From assembly GCF_009914755.1 (NCBI RefSeq), contig NC_060925.1: DNA of 64,000 nt; one strand, 5' to 3'. A program made the position numbers and the translations under genes. This document shows positions 62,597 to 64,000 of this stretch, piece by piece. The notes under the pieces were generated by a model. It was not told the origin of the DNA and searched no databases. It saw nothing but the letters and a program-made list of their open reading frames with translations. Numbering within the stretch: position 1 is the stretch's first letter; each line of letters opens with the position of its first letter. The stretch is from the human T2T-CHM13v2.0 reference genome, Homo sapiens.

Positions 62597-62934
<338 letters not shown>

Positions 62935-63589
62935 TACCCTAGCATTCTTGATAAAACTGTTTCTCTTTTCTTAGTTCCCCTCCTTAATTAAACTTCTGTG
63001 ATATTTTCCTTCACCATTAAAGCTAGAGTTTATTTTTCTGTCTCCTTATAATTAGTTCCTTCTGAACATATAAAAGTTAACTACCTTGATAATATTCTTT
63101 TTCCAGTGACTTTTTTCCTGTAATCTGGATCAAATTTATCTCAGTACTACAGCAACTAACATTTACTCCATATTTACAACTAACTCAACCTTGTCCCTCG
63201 GTTCCAATTAACAGTGGAATAATGAAATATATTTTCCAATTTCGACACCTCAGGCATTTGCTCGTAGTTTTAGCAGCTTTGCTGAGATAACTTTAAAACA
63301 GGGATATAATCTTTTATTGTTTGCAAATTTTAACAACATTTTTCAAAATTGTGGCTCTTGACAAAACATTGTAGTGTTTATTTAATACAAATAGGATAGG
63401 GAATAATCTCTTTCAAGGGTAGAGCTAGAATCCAAATAAATTTCAACTTAACAGAAAAACAAAACTGTCCAAAAGTAGAATGAACTGACTCTAGAGATAG
63501 TGAATTTTATAGCCCTGTAGGATGGGTAAAGATCAGTAGGATGACAGCTTGGCATATGGATTGTAGAGGAGAATTAGCTATCCAGGGAA

Positions 63590-63880
63590 GGGCAGTGGAA
63601 CATTATGGTTAAGACCATAAGTAAGAGAAAGAGAGAAAGAAGGTAAGCACTATATTTAAGTCCCAATTAAGACATTTAGTAGCCTTGTGTCCTTGAGCTA
63701 AATACTTAACATCTCTAAGCCTGAAATTTCTCAACTATAAAATGAGGATAGTGACTTTGGTGGACGTTGTGAGGGTTAAATAAAATTCAATGAGAAACTG
63801 TATGTTAAATAATCATAGTGACTACCATATAGTTAGCTCTAACACTCAGTAGATGTTTTTACTACTTTATTATTATTATT
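63590..63880 (+). mobile_element. MIR, near full length
   Basis: CTTAACATCTCTAAGCCTGAAATTTCTCAACTATAAAATGAGGAT...GTTGTGAGGGTTAAAT. Confidence 0.8.
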
Positions 63881-64000
63881 AGTCAGTTGAATTGTTTGAT
63901 TTTATGGCCTCTACCAATTATGAAAGCCTGTGATTACATAATTCCATTAGAATAGCAATCTCCTCAAAACTGACAATTGTATTTTAAGTTATGGCAAAGA

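Overview
AT-rich, CpG-poor, repeat-dense primate genomic DNA. AluY, AluS and AluJ copies plus THE1 elements point to a catarrhine genome, most likely human; the window is probably intergenic or deep intronic. I find no credible host protein-coding exon, RNA gene, CpG island or CRISPR-like array. The informative ORFs in the track are decayed transposon proteins (THE1 MaLR ORF, Tigger1 transposase, L1 ORF2) or chance/Alu-derived frames. Main elements: a complete THE1D provirus with perfect TCATC target-site duplications (TSDs) at 10404-12775; an internally deleted MLT1C provirus inside an L2; a ~4 kb L1MD; a near-full Tigger1 inside a collapsed L1; solo LTRs (THE1C, MER34-type, MSTD, MLT1B/H, LTR33); 12 Alus; MITEs (MER47, MER2, MER5, MER94, MADE1); L2, MIR and CR1/L3 relics; and microsatellites. 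I do not see a novel biological system. The most interesting observations are fossil rearrangements and candidate regulatory sites: a four-layer nested insertion with a Tigger1-adjacent deletion, two local non-tandem duplications, template-switch hairpins, a possible very old ERV-L gag-pro relic, a DUX4 motif kept in only one THE1D LTR, and a motif-dense candidate enhancer. Subfamily names come from recalled consensus sequences and need RepeatMasker/Dfam confirmation; boundaries of old elements are approximate.
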